NCBI GenBank assembly: GCA_977030845.1
Contig: OZ365113.1
Location: 2,604,001-2,668,000, forward strand
Reading direction: 5' to 3'
Source: Fimbriosthenelais zetlandica
Taxonomy: Eukaryota
Length of the DNA: 64,000 nucleotides
Part shown: in pieces, positions 11,095 to 23,245 of the stretch
Layout: each line of letters begins with the position of its first letter
Position numbering within the stretch: the first letter of the stretch is position 1
The notes under the pieces: generated by a model
What the model was told of the DNA's origin: nothing
What the model saw: the letters and a program-made list of their open reading frames with translations, nothing else
Databases searched by the model: none
Program-made: the position numbers and the translations under genes

Positions 11095-11397
11095 GACCAA
11101 GCTTTGACTGAGCAAGGCCTTGTTCCTGTCCCATGGCTGTAATCATTTCTTCCTTGCCTGAGACCGCCAGTTAGACCAAGCTTTGACTGAGCAAGGCCTT
11201 GTTCCTGTCCCATGGCTGTAATCATTTCTTCCTTTCCTGAGACCGCCAGTTAGACCAAGCTTTGACTGAGCAAGGCCTTGTTCTTGTCCCATGGCATTAA
11301 TAATTTCTTCCTTGCCTGAGACCGCCAGTTAGACCAAGCTTTGACTGAGCAATGCCTTGTTCCTGTCCCATGGCAGTAATCACTTCTTCCTTGCCTG
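11095..11397. repeat. 79-bp tandem repeat (about 3.8 copies) between the MGAT5 and ASB 3' ends
   Basis: GACCAAGCTTTGACTGAGCAAGGCCTTG... starts at 11095, 11174, 11253 and 11332. Confidence 0.95.
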
Positions 11398-11961
11398 CTA
11401 AAATGTTATACAATCTAAATATAATCTGTAATATCCAGCTGTATGATAGGGTTATGTGCAGTCCCTGTTATTCTAGTGCTAGGAAATCTGCATTGAATAT
11501 GCATGTTATTTCCTGGACAGGAATATAATTATTTTATTGTTTGAAAGGTTATATTATGGCTGTTCTCCAATCATTTGAACTTTTGGATAAGATTCATTGG
11601 TCTTGTTTCTATTGGCTTTCTCAGTTTCATTATAAGGTCGCTAAAAAAATAAGGCATTGTATATATAGAAAGAATAGTAAGCCATAAAGTACATTCAAGA
11701 CCATGTCCTTTCTTTGTCTTTATCATATATATGTAGCTCAGTAGCTTGTACTTGTATTTGGTAAAGTCGAAACCAATCAATTATCGCCAATTAAGGCACA
11801 GTATCATCGAATAATATACTAGCCAGATTACTGGCCATTGAGAAGGGAAAATCGTGACTCAGTCCTACTTGGTAAAATCTAGGATAATCTGAAGTAATTT
11901 TTGAGAATCTCAGACTCCCACACTGAAATCACAGTTAAAATAATATAAATAAAAGATGAAG

Positions 11962-14666
11962 TTACTGTAGGAGTAGGAAGTTCTTTATATAAGTGGGCTG
12001 GGGCAGGTCCAGTATGTTAGTCAGGGCCATGTTGTTATTTCTAAAATGTCGCCGCACGACAGAGCGACACATATCAGACAGAGGGAGTGTGTTCTTCACC
12101 AGTTTCTCCAGTAGTTCGCGTCTCTGGGGCGCGTCTATCAAAAAATCCTCCCTCTCTAACTCATCAAAAAGCCAAGTTTCAGCATTGACATTACAACCTG
12201 CTGCCAACAATATATCAGTCAGGTTAAAACGCTCATTGCGAATGGACGCTTCAAGTGGGGAGAAATTTGCATATTCATGAGCATCGATTGGGGCTCCATA
12301 AAAGAGTAAAAGATTGGCCATATCAGCATAACCAGCCATACAGCAGGCTACCATGGGAGGTGCGATCTTCACACCTCTCCTCCTAGTGTGACCGTCACGT
12401 ATCTTTGCACCAGCGTTTAGGAGTATCTCAGCGACTGATACCGCATTCATACCCACCGCCACATCCAGCGGTTGAACCCCGGACGCACTAGACCAGTTTA
12501 CATCCGCCCCTCGGTCAATCAACAATCGGATGAATGCCGGTTGTTTAGAGGCGCGATCGACCGCGATGGTGAGAGCAGTTTGTGAGTTATCAGGAGTTGT
12601 TAGATTAACATCTAAACCCTTCCCCCACCGCGGATCCAGGAAGATCTTCACCATCCCCCATTTCTGCCATGACAAGGCATGCATTAATGGCGTCTGTCCT
12701 TCTCTGTTAATAAAGTTAGGAGAGAGTCCATCTTCTAATAGTACCTTCACCACGGCACCATTCTCATGACTGTAGAGACAGCTGGTCAGGAGTGATTGTC
12801 GACGTGCATGGCTCACAGAATCCAGCGTCGCATTATTTTCCAGGAGCAGTTTCACGACATCAGCATGACCGTTGGTGATGGCCATACATAGTGGGGCATC
12901 GCCTGCTGCGTTACATAGATTAACATCACACCCGGCACCCACCAGTCGCTCGACGATACCTAGATGTCCCTCCCGCGCCGCCAAACCTAGAGCGTTATTA
13001 GCCAAAGTCTGATCCCTCACGTCTAAATCTATCGGCTCCCAATCGGCCGAGTCCTTGTTGTTCTTATCGTAAGCGAGTAAGAGATCCAAACACTCCGGGG
13101 AGTTTTTGTGGGCGGCGATGTGGATCGGGTAGAGATTGGTCACTTCCTCAGCGATATTCACGTCACATTTGAGGATGAGGAGCTGCTCGGCTATACTGAG
13201 CTGCTCATAGTGAAGGGCGGTGTGGAGTGGGTGGTTGCCATGGCAATCCGCCTCATTGATGTCTACTGTGGCGTCATGGAGCATTTTGAGAGCTGTGTCA
13301 ACTTCCCCGTAAGCGATGGCCATGCATAAATCCTCCGCTCCCGATCCTGAAATACAGATATTATACAGATATTAATACATTTAGATGCCATTTCTCAGTA
13401 TAGTTTCATTTATTTCTTTCAATTAATGAGTTCTTATAATGCTCAATAAGAATCTCACAACATAACACAAATTGCCTAATAGGAAAATTAATCTATTCAT
13501 AAGGATAAAAATGTTAGGTATGTATGACTGAGAACATTGAGAAATTTATCCTGCAAAATGTTGTTTTTATTAATTAAAAATATGATTTTAAAACTGACTT
13601 ACCCAGTTTGTTCTTTTTCCGGTTGCTGAAGCCGGTGGGGACAGGGTAGCCTGTAAACAGGAGAGAAAATATTCCTACAGACCAAAGATATTCAATAATG
13701 AATTATCATCTATTTATTGAAAAAATTATATTTTGTCTATGTTTATTTTAACTACCTCTCTCTTACTATTCCTCCCTCCCTCTCCTCTTTAGATACCTCC
13801 CTCCCTCTCACTACCCCTCCTTTTCATCTACCCTCCCCCCACTCTCACTTTACTACCCCTCTCAAGTTCCACCCACACTCTCTACCCTCAATGCTCTTTC
13901 TAGTACTCTCCCTCTCAACTCTATGCTTTTAAGTTTATCTCTGACGACTCCCATTCATCTATCCTCTACTCCATTCTCTTTCTCTACAGTATATATCAGG
14001 TTCCGTAGACTTAGAGGAAACCAAAATTCTAGGAATTTCAAGAATAAAATTGGACTTTTCAAGGAATGAAATTTGGCATATATGAGGTTTTTCTCAATAT
14101 TTTATGTAAAGTCTGAACTGTTTCAGAATCCATACCCCTGGTCCCATAATTGACACGCCTGATCCACAGCGGATTAAAATGAGGATTGATCTTATACAAG
14201 CATAGCAGAGGCATTTATATTAACCAAAACATTTTAAGGTTTTTTCCTGGAGTCTGATCGGTTTTCCGGGAATTTCCAGTACTGGAAAACACCTATCTGA
14301 TTTTCCAGGAATTTATAGGAGTTTCCAAGAGTCTCTAATAATATTCATTCCTCTTCCTCCCTTTCTCCCCTCACTTAATTGCCCACCTACCGGATCCCAA
14401 CCATATACATTACACATATCCACATTTACCTGTTATATCACATAACACTCAGGGAGACAATGTCAAACAGCCAGCCATGCTGTCATACAGTCATGCCTAC
14501 CCTCCACCATCCTTCCTGCCCGCACATCGCATTATGAATATGTGTCAAGAGAATATATCAATAAACCTTATTGTAGGCGATCACACAACCGCTCATATTT
14601 ACCTGTAGCGTAGGCCTTCCCTCCATAAGCATCCTTCCTCGTCGTTTGCCTTTTCGCGACGATCAT
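11962..14666 (-). CDS. Ankyrin repeat and SOCS box-containing protein (ASB-like), about 498 aa
   Basis: Exons 14666-14603 (MIVAKRQ...), 13650-13603, 13346-11962, all phase 1 GT-AG; 1497 nt in total. Multiple ankyrin repeats (GNHPLHTAL, YPIHIAA, NALGLAAREGH, GDAPLCMAI, GQTPLMHAL) and a C-terminal SOCS box (LPLSDMCRSVVRRHF...LDLPQPTYIKNFLL). The two small 5' exons are less certain than the main exon. Confidence 0.9.
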
Positions 14667-16204
14667 ATTCCAATTTTCCAAGGTCCAAATCCAAAATCTT
14701 ACTCCCAAATGTTCCCACGTCAGGTGGTGGGGATGTGCGTTGTAGAGGTAGGTAGCATGGATGGTATAATGTAGGTTTTTCCAGGCCGTCTTATCAGTTG
14801 GGTAGGGCGGGGTTGGTACTTGGCGTGTGTTAGTAGTGGTACGTTAAATCTCGGTATCAGTAGAGAGTGATAGCTAGGGTCTCTACTACTCCCTCCACCT
14901 CACACACACCCACCACATCACCATGCTGAAATCAATCGTCAATTTGTGGCCTTCTACATGGGCCTCACTGAGCAGATGGCCATGAGCAGATGTTGAGCTG
15001 CTCGCCGGCTGTGATTGTGGCGCCGTCTAGTGTTTAAAGGTAATAACGCTGAATGCTATATAAGTAGGCAAGAGCGTCTATGGCAAGAGTGAGTGGGTGG
15101 GTGGGTGTCTCCCTAAATCGCCAATTGATGGCGACAGACAGCTCAATCTGGCGATAGAATATGCTACTTGGCGAAAAAATTGGCGAACATCGTATGCCTT
15201 TGGCAATGAAACCCGGTTCTGAACCCCAATAACGAAGGCTGTTAGATATATACACGTTAAAAATTCATAGGCCTATTCATTGGCTAACAGGGAATTTGGA
15301 TAATCAAATTCACATAATTTGGTTAAAATTTGACTAAATGTCTTCCTTGGCTAGATCTATCCCTGTGTTCACAATTATAGGTTAATTAGACTATACTATA
15401 TCAGTATAGCTATACCATTACCCTTACAGGGAGGGGGTAGGTGCTGAACTGTTAGAAACTATAGCCTAGGCTATAGCATTACAGTGAGTCGGTGCATGGA
15501 TGCTGTAATAGGCTACTATATCAGAAGCGTGTAGATTGTAAAACTCCAGTTTCGTTTTTTTTTTAGAGTCAATGATATCAATCTTAGTAGTCTTACACCT
15601 CTGAATTAATGAAAATATTATTGTTTTCCAATTTCCCTTTGGAAAACTTCGATATTTTTATATACGTTTTCTCTAAGGAAGGGTCATTTAAAAAGTGTCT
15701 CAAGTTAGCCCGACTTGAGACAGGTCATTATTAAAGATTAGGCCCTAAAGATTATTGTCTCTCACAAAATATATTTAAGGCGAATAATTTTCGGCTGGGT
15801 AATTACCCAGATGTAGGCTACTACCGTATTTCTCTGATTTGTCATTATCAATAAGGTAGGCCTACCATACATATGATACCGGTATATCGTACCGTAGCCC
15901 ATGCTATAGGCTATACAGTACTACAGTGGCTATACTATACAGCATTGCCATTGGCATTGCAGGGAGTCGGTGGGTGTTGTGATGACAATTAGGGTAATTA
16001 TTAAATTAGCTTATGCTATAGCATTGCAGGGGCTGGTTATGCTCAAAAAAGTGTTACGTAATTGTAATTACCGGGTACATACTAGGCCTAAATACCGGTA
16101 TAGTATAGACTAGGCCGGGCCCCCTGCCCTGGGCCTTGGCCCTTGCCTTAATAAAGTTAATTGCACCTGGAAAAAATTAATAGGGCCTAGTTTAGTGAGT
16201 CTAG

Positions 16205-16243
16205 CCATAGATAATAGTAGAATAGTTCTACTATTATCTATGG
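16205..16243. repeat. Perfect 18-bp inverted repeat (hairpin, 3-nt loop)
   Basis: CCATAGATAATAGTAGAA-tag-TTCTACTATTATCTATGG. A related palindrome lies at 49371-49399. Confidence 0.9.
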
Positions 16244-16662
16244 TCTAGCTAATAGATTAGCGAGTCTATGTTATCTACCTTCTTGTCCACACCTGCAACG
16301 TTCTTCTGCTCTGTTCTCCTCCTGTTTCAGTCTTTACAACGTCATCGTCCAAGCTCTTCTTCCATGACCATGCCATATCTGGGCGATAATTGAAGAATTT
16401 AGAAGTTGAACATAACTTTCGCTCAACTAAACCGATTGTAACTTCATTAAGGTAACAAAATATTGTAAAATTCCTGGCAATACTCACAAATTGATGTATT
16501 ATAATCAAAGTATGGTTCAAATTTAGTCAATTCGCCATTAATTCGGGTGGATATTTGGTGTAGCGGACCTTTAAATCGACCGCCATTTTGATGTGTTTCC
16601 ATAGAGACCGTCTGGATGAGCCACCTACCGTCAATATGATCAACTACTGATAGAAAACAAAG

Positions 16663-19600
16663 ATGGCGGACGATGGGCAGGCTGCCAAACTGAAGGAGGA
16701 AATAGACTTCCTTACTAGTGAGTTATCATTATTTTAAGCGAATATTTTAACACAAAAGGAACCTTTAGGAACTAAAGAATCTAGTAGATACCAAAAGTGT
16801 ACATTTTGATTCTTTTCTGTCACTATATTCGGTAATTTCTCTATTATCGACGATCATGCTGTGGCCTATTTTGCAATCCTCTTGAGGCTATTCCTGGAAC
16901 TGACAGCTGTAGCAAGTGAGCAACGCCTACGAAAATGAAACGTTTGTGTGGTTATTGTATTGCGAAATAAGATACCTTTTCAGTCGGTCCATAATTTTGA
17001 CGTTTCAGATTTGATCAATGACGCTAAGAGTAAGAGAAGTGCGTACTATGGGAAACCCAGGTCGTTCAACCAGCAGAACTTTTCCCACAGAAAATGGACC
17101 AATCCTTCCCAAGGTTCATCCAGAAATATTACTAAACCCCCTACTACTGGTGAGCTCTAGTTGTGTTTTAGATGTACGTCAATTTCCTTAGCAAGTGTGT
17201 ACAAATATAGGCCTACCGGTAGCTTGATTTCTTTATTCTAATAATCCCAGGCAATAGAATTAAATAGTGCAGTACTACCATATGTTACGAATTCGTATGA
17301 ATTCACCGTTGAGTAAGTTGATGAAATTTCCTAAATTTAATTTTAATATAGATTCTACCTTAAAAACATAAAATGAAATAATGAATATAAATTCTCCGAA
17401 TATAGGTGATGAATTCTTTGAAATTTATTAAATTTATTAAATTGTTAAGTTGTTAATGATTTTTATAAATTCTTTTTATTTAGAATCGCAGAAATCCCAG
17501 CAAAATCCACCGATGAAAGTAGAATCAGCAATGACGGTATCACGTACTGTTGTGCCACCTAGTGGCTCATCCTTCAAACTCCCAGGACCGGCAAAGACTA
17601 CAACCTCTATACCCCCAACACACCCCACAACCCAAACAACCCAGAACAGGCAGGTGGCCATACCAAAAACTAAATACCCAAACTTTAAACCTCCTGGAAG
17701 TCCAAAATCCACGGTCCATGTCCAACAACGAAAGAAAGTAGTTGGGACACCTGTGGTTAATCCGAAAGTTCAAAGACATGTATTTTCATCTGGCAGTTCT
17801 AGTTCAGGGTTGAAGAATGTCCAAGCTGTCCGACCCTTTAGTGCAGGGAGTCAAAGCCCCACCATCATCCAAGCAGGGAAAAAAATAATCGAGGAAATAG
17901 AAAAGTTGAAAAAAGCTCAGGATGCATTGGAGAAAGCAGAGAAAATGAGAGGGAAAATGGGAAGTAGCTCAAAGTTAAAGACTTCCAAACCAAATCTGAC
18001 GACAGAGAGAAAGAGTGGTGCTAATTATGAACAGAAACTTGTTCAAAACGTGGACCAGAAGCCTGGTCCAAAAGTGGACCAGAAGCCTGGTACAAAAGTC
18101 GGATCTACAGCTCCCTCTCTGAACGTAGTAAGGAACACAAGGTATACACTAGTCAAAAAATCACAGGCAGCAGAAGCACATTCCTTCCCAGCTCCAAAAA
18201 TACCTGCTCAAAACCCAAATATCAAAGCAAAGACGCACAACAGAACTGTCATATCAAATGTAACTGCTCAATCACGGAATCCAAATGTTTGGACACGACA
18301 AGCGGTGCAAAGCCGAAAGATACCGACCAAAAATGGTCCTCCCCTGGTCAAAATATCAACGTCAAATACACTGACTCATTCCAGTTCAAATGTGACCATG
18401 CCAAAGACGCCTGTGATGGCTCAAGCTAGAACATCAACCCCAAATTTATCAAATCAAGTGAGAAAATCTCCATTGTTGAGTGGGAATCGGGAAGTTAAAT
18501 TACAACGGAATCAAATATCTGGTAATAGATATAGTTTAGTCAGGAGTAGTGAGACGTCAAAACGAACTGTGAAGTCACCCCAGGGGATTCAACGACGAAG
18601 GGTGGTGGTCACTAGAAATAAACTCTACAACAGTCCAGTACCGAATAATAAATATAAACTGGTCAAAAAACATAGCACCACTTCAGCTACTGGACAGGCA
18701 GCTAGCCCTAAACCAAAAACTGTGGCTCAACCCTCAAAAGTGAAGTCTGAACTTAAAGAAAGTAAAGTTGAACCTAAAAAGAAGCAGTCGTCGTCGGTAG
18801 TGAATGAGTTATTAAGGGAGTTATCCGTTATAGATATTGCTTTTAAAACAGCCAAACTTCAGTCAAGTCAGAGGTTGGTGCGTAAAGCGGTCATGATGAA
18901 ACAAAAGTCACTACAGAGGAGAAACACAGAGAGTCGTAGTCCAAATACGGCCAGCGGTACGGGCAAGTGGGGGACGTCTGGACGACGTAGGTCCAGATCA
19001 CGGTCTACGTCAGCTCATGTAAAGTCAGACCCACGTCATGCTACGTCAGGTCACGTCCCCCCACGTCATGCTACGTCAACTCACATCCCCCCACGTCATG
19101 TCAGACCCGGCGTCTCACCGCGTCATGTGACGTCACGTTACGTCAGACCCGGCGTTTCACCACGTCATCCCACGTCAGGTCATGTCAGATCTAGGAAGCA
19201 CCAGTCCAGATTCTCGCTGAGAAAGAACACAGCAGGTCTGTTTCTATTTTTAAACGATTTTTGTTTTGCTTTTTTTTAATCTATTTCTCAAAGAAATGTA
19301 ATTTTTAGCTAGGAAAATTACATTATTTTATACTTTCACCTATTTTTTTTTAACAGTTAAAAGTTAATTTCTATTTGCAGATGAGAGCCTTAGTATGAAC
19401 CAGTTACTGGGGAGGAAGATAAAGAACCTGAGTTGTAACAAGTACAAGTTTGTGAGTGCCGGGGGTGAGAGAGGAGCGAAGACTCCCGACAAAACTAAAG
19501 TTACATCAACTAAACTCAGGTAATGTCACAAATTTTACAACTATTAAAATGGTTTATCTGTGAGTTCAAGATTTACAACTGTTAAAACATTTTTTTATCT

Positions 19601-22600
19601 GTCAGTTTTTCCACATATTGGTTCTTACTGTCTCGAATTTAATTTTTTTTAGATTGGAGAATGTCACTGACTTATCAAGTATAATATTAACATTTACAGG
19701 AGCAGTAGGGCTCGCTCTACATATATAGACGGGGTTCTCTTCAGGTCGACCCACAGTCAGCTCAGACGAGCCTCCAACTCTCACGCTCCCTCCAAAAAAC
19801 TCAACAACTGTAAGTCTTCACAAATTTTTGAATTTTTCAAAAATATTTGTTATCAAGGAATTGTCCAAGTAGACTAGGAGTCTGTCCTTTTCAATGTTAC
19901 TCAGAATATTTTAAAATCCTGATTATTCTGTTTGAGCACAGACATTGAGAAAGTGAAGTAAAATGTTGACTATTTTCTAATTGTGTTTGTTTTGTAGTCG
20001 GGAGAAGACAGAGTCGTGCCTTGCTACTGGGAGGTAATAATTTCAGGCTTACAAGAAATGGATGTACTCTAAAACGTGTAGGACGACTCTCACTCAGTCA
20101 GCAACAAGGCGAGTACATGAGTGAACTCTTCCAAATAGCGAACACATTTCAGAGTCCTAAGTTCTATTGTAATAAACTTGTATACAGCTCCCTCTGATTA
20201 GTGAACAACTCCATTATAGTGAACATTTTTTCTGTCTCTAAAAAGGGTTCACTGAAATACAGAGATTTTGCTGCAAGATCAATAATTTTTAGTTATATTA
20301 TTTTAAGTGATATTTCATCTGTTATAGATACGCCTCAGAGACATAGGATTCAGAGTAGGAGTCAGAGTTTCTCAAGACAAGCTTCATTCAGTAGGACTAC
20401 TGCTACACACAGGACTGCCAGGTAAAGAAATACTTTCATTTAATTCATACTTCTCAGAACTTGTGGGGTTCTTTAATACATATTTTGTTTATTATTTCGT
20501 TTCTTATATAGCGCAGTATTTTATTATAGTTCAGTCCGCTTTACATATTTTGATAAAATATTCTGAAAAAGAAATAGATAAGTAAAGTTTTACGACCCAC
20601 AAGACCGATACTGCGATAAGTTAGACTAGACTGGCGGCGGGTTGTATTAGACTACACTATATAATGATCTAATGGTATATATAGACTAAAGTTTTAATTT
20701 CTCCACCATTTTCAGTCAGGCCATATCTCGGAGTATAGCCACGGCGGTGGTGGCAGCTCGTCTCAGGAAGCTAGTCAAGCCTCAGAGACAGTACTGTATC
20801 TTCTACAACAGGTTCGGCAAGTGTAACCGAGGTGAACAATGTCCTTATATCCACGACCCTGACAAAATAGCCGTCTGTACCAGGTATGTCTAATCTTTAT
20901 ATTTAGGTTAATTCTAACTCAAAAATACTTTATTTTTGGGAAAAATTCATACAAGAAAAATAGTAATCTTACTTGTGTGTAAGAGTGATCACTAAAGTTC
21001 CTGGAAATTAAAATAATTTTTTCTGCTTTACATATCTGCAGTGGAACCTCACATGATGGTCACGTCACTAAAGTTTATATTCAGTGACATTCTTGTAAAC
21101 CATATTCTCCACTTAGTTTTCTCTCATTCTCCATGTAGGTACATGTGTCTCATTTCTCTGATCTCCATGTTTTCATCTATTTGGCTCATCTCTATTTCTC
21201 TGATCTCTATTTTTCTCATCTCTATATCTGTCATCTCTATTTATCTCATCTTTATTTTTTATTTCTATTTCTCTCATTTCTAATTGCTCTGTGTCTATTT
21301 CTCTCATCTCTATTTCTCTCATCTCTATCTGTAGGTACCTGCGCGGCACGTGTAAGGTGACTGACTGCCCGTTCTCTCATCAAGTATCACGTGAGAAGAT
21401 GCCCGTATGTACACACTACCTGAGAGGTGTGTGTGCACGTGATCACTGTCCTTACCTGCACGTTAATGTGAGCAGAGACGCAGAGGTGTGTCAGGACTTT
21501 ATAAACGGTTACTGCGGGCTAGGTGACAAGGTGAGACACACTTTAATTACTCTCTCTGTCATTCTTTACTTTCTGTCCACACTTTGTCCTTCTTTCCTGT
21601 GTCCCTCTGTCTGTATTCCTGTCTTCCACCCATCCATTCATCTCTCCATTTATCCATCCAACTATCTNNNNNNNNNNNNNNNNNNNNNNNNNNNNNNNNN
21701 NNNNNNNNNNNNNNNNNNNNNNNNNNNNNNNNNNNNNNNNNNNNNNNNNNNNNNNNNNNNNNNNNNNNNNNNNNNNNNNNNNNNNNNNNNNNNNNNNNNN
21801 NNNNNNNNNNNNNNNNNNNNNNNNNNNNNNNNNNNNNNCATCCACCCATCTATTCATTCATCCACCCATCTATTCATTCATCCACCCATCTATTCATTCA
21901 TCCACCCATCTATCCATCCACTCATCCACCCATCCATCCACCCATGTATTCATCTATTCATTCATCCACCCATCTATTCATTCATCCACCTATCCATCCA
22001 CTCATCCACCCATCCATCCATCCACCCATGTATTCATTCATCCATCTATTCACTCTCATAATCATACATATACCAGAGGCAGAGTACCAATAACATTTAG
22101 TTCTCTTCACTCGTTTTCCTATTTCTATTAAGAGTCATAATTTATCAGATATGCACGTCTGGGTTGATACATGTTAGATATCCTCAGTAGATATATATAT
22201 ATATATAGTGACCATTAATGTATTCCGCCCATCCAGTGTAAGAAGAAGCACACCCTTATCTGCCCTGTCCACGATGGTCAAGGAGGCTGCGCTAAGGGTC
22301 AGTCATGTAAACTGAAGCACCCCCAGACTGCTGGCAAGCGGTCAAGACTGACCAGTACGTCCCAGTCTAAACCAGGGTGAGAAATACTTCTATATACTTA
22401 TATTTCTATATTATATTTTTCCAATGATTTCCTAAAACATTTTCAAGCGAATATGTTTCTGATTGAATATCTTTTTGTGACAAAAAATGAAACATTTTAA
22501 AGATAAGTTTTCAAAGAAATTTTCTTTAAAGCGACATGTTTTATCACTATGACATATACATTGTATACTCACTAAAGCGACCATCCCACTACCCACTACC

Positions 22601-23245
22601 ACCACCCAATGTTGGTCGCAATAGTGAGATGCTACTGTCTATAATATTTTTTAAATCCAGTTATATTTTTATACATATAAGCCAAATTTAGATTTAGTTT
22701 CAAATTTGATGTAAATTTGTGATAATTGAGCATGTGTTAGTGTTTTATGTGTCATTAGTGCGAAGAGAGCGAGGATAGAGAGGGAGAATGAAGAGGAAGA
22801 TGATGAGAGAGATCTACCAATGGGTAAGAGGCGGCTACCATCCTTTATACTGCTGGAGAGAGAGGGAGAGGAGGGGGAGGAGGAGGGGTGCAAACCTACT
22901 ACACGCAGANNNNNNNNNNNNNNNNNNNNNNNNNNNNNNNNNNNNNNNNNNNNNNNNNNNNNNNNNNNNNNNNNNNNNNNNNNNNNNNNNNNNNNNNNNN
23001 NNNNNNNNNNNNNNNNNNNNNNNNNNNNNNNNNNNNNNNNNNNNNNNNNNNNNNNNNNNNNNNNNNNNNNNNNNNNNNNNNNNNNNNNNNNNNNNNNNNN
23101 TTCATTTTGTTCATTAAGTGCCAATATTTAATAAGTATTTTTTAATTATTTATTTATTAATTATCTGCCGTTATTGTTGATGACTTATTTTCCAGTTGAC
23201 GGCCCGCTCCAGATTCATCCCAATCTCTCATTTGATGGTAACTAA
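16663..23245 (+). CDS. ZC3H3: Zinc finger CCCH domain-containing protein 3
   Basis: Exons 16663-16717, 17009-17149, 17484-19235, 19381-19519, 19700-19809, 19998-20033, 20328-20421, 20716-20883, 21335-21530, 22237-22376, 22759 into the gap at 22910, and 23196-23245. Five CCCH fingers: [65 protein letters not shown]...[10 protein letters not shown]-terminal LPSFI and PLQIHPNL motifs resemble ZC3H3. The junction across the gap cannot be verified. Confidence 0.93.
21668..21838. other. Assembly gap (N run) within a (TCCA/TTCA)n microsatellite
   Basis: N characters flanked by catccacccatctattcatt repeats. Confidence 0.99.
22910..23100. other. Assembly gap (N run) covering the end of a ZC3H3 coding exon
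   Basis: The open frame [28 protein letters not shown] runs into Ns. Confidence 0.99.

Noticed and set aside
16275-16520. Minus-strand ORF ending at a donor-like AAG/GTAGAT
   Set aside because: Could be a 5'UTR exon of the ASB gene, but no matching acceptor or homology supports a coding call.
21543-23145. ORFs running through X stretches (also 51296-51685)
   Set aside because: Artefacts of N gaps, except the ZC3H3 frame at 22759-22909.
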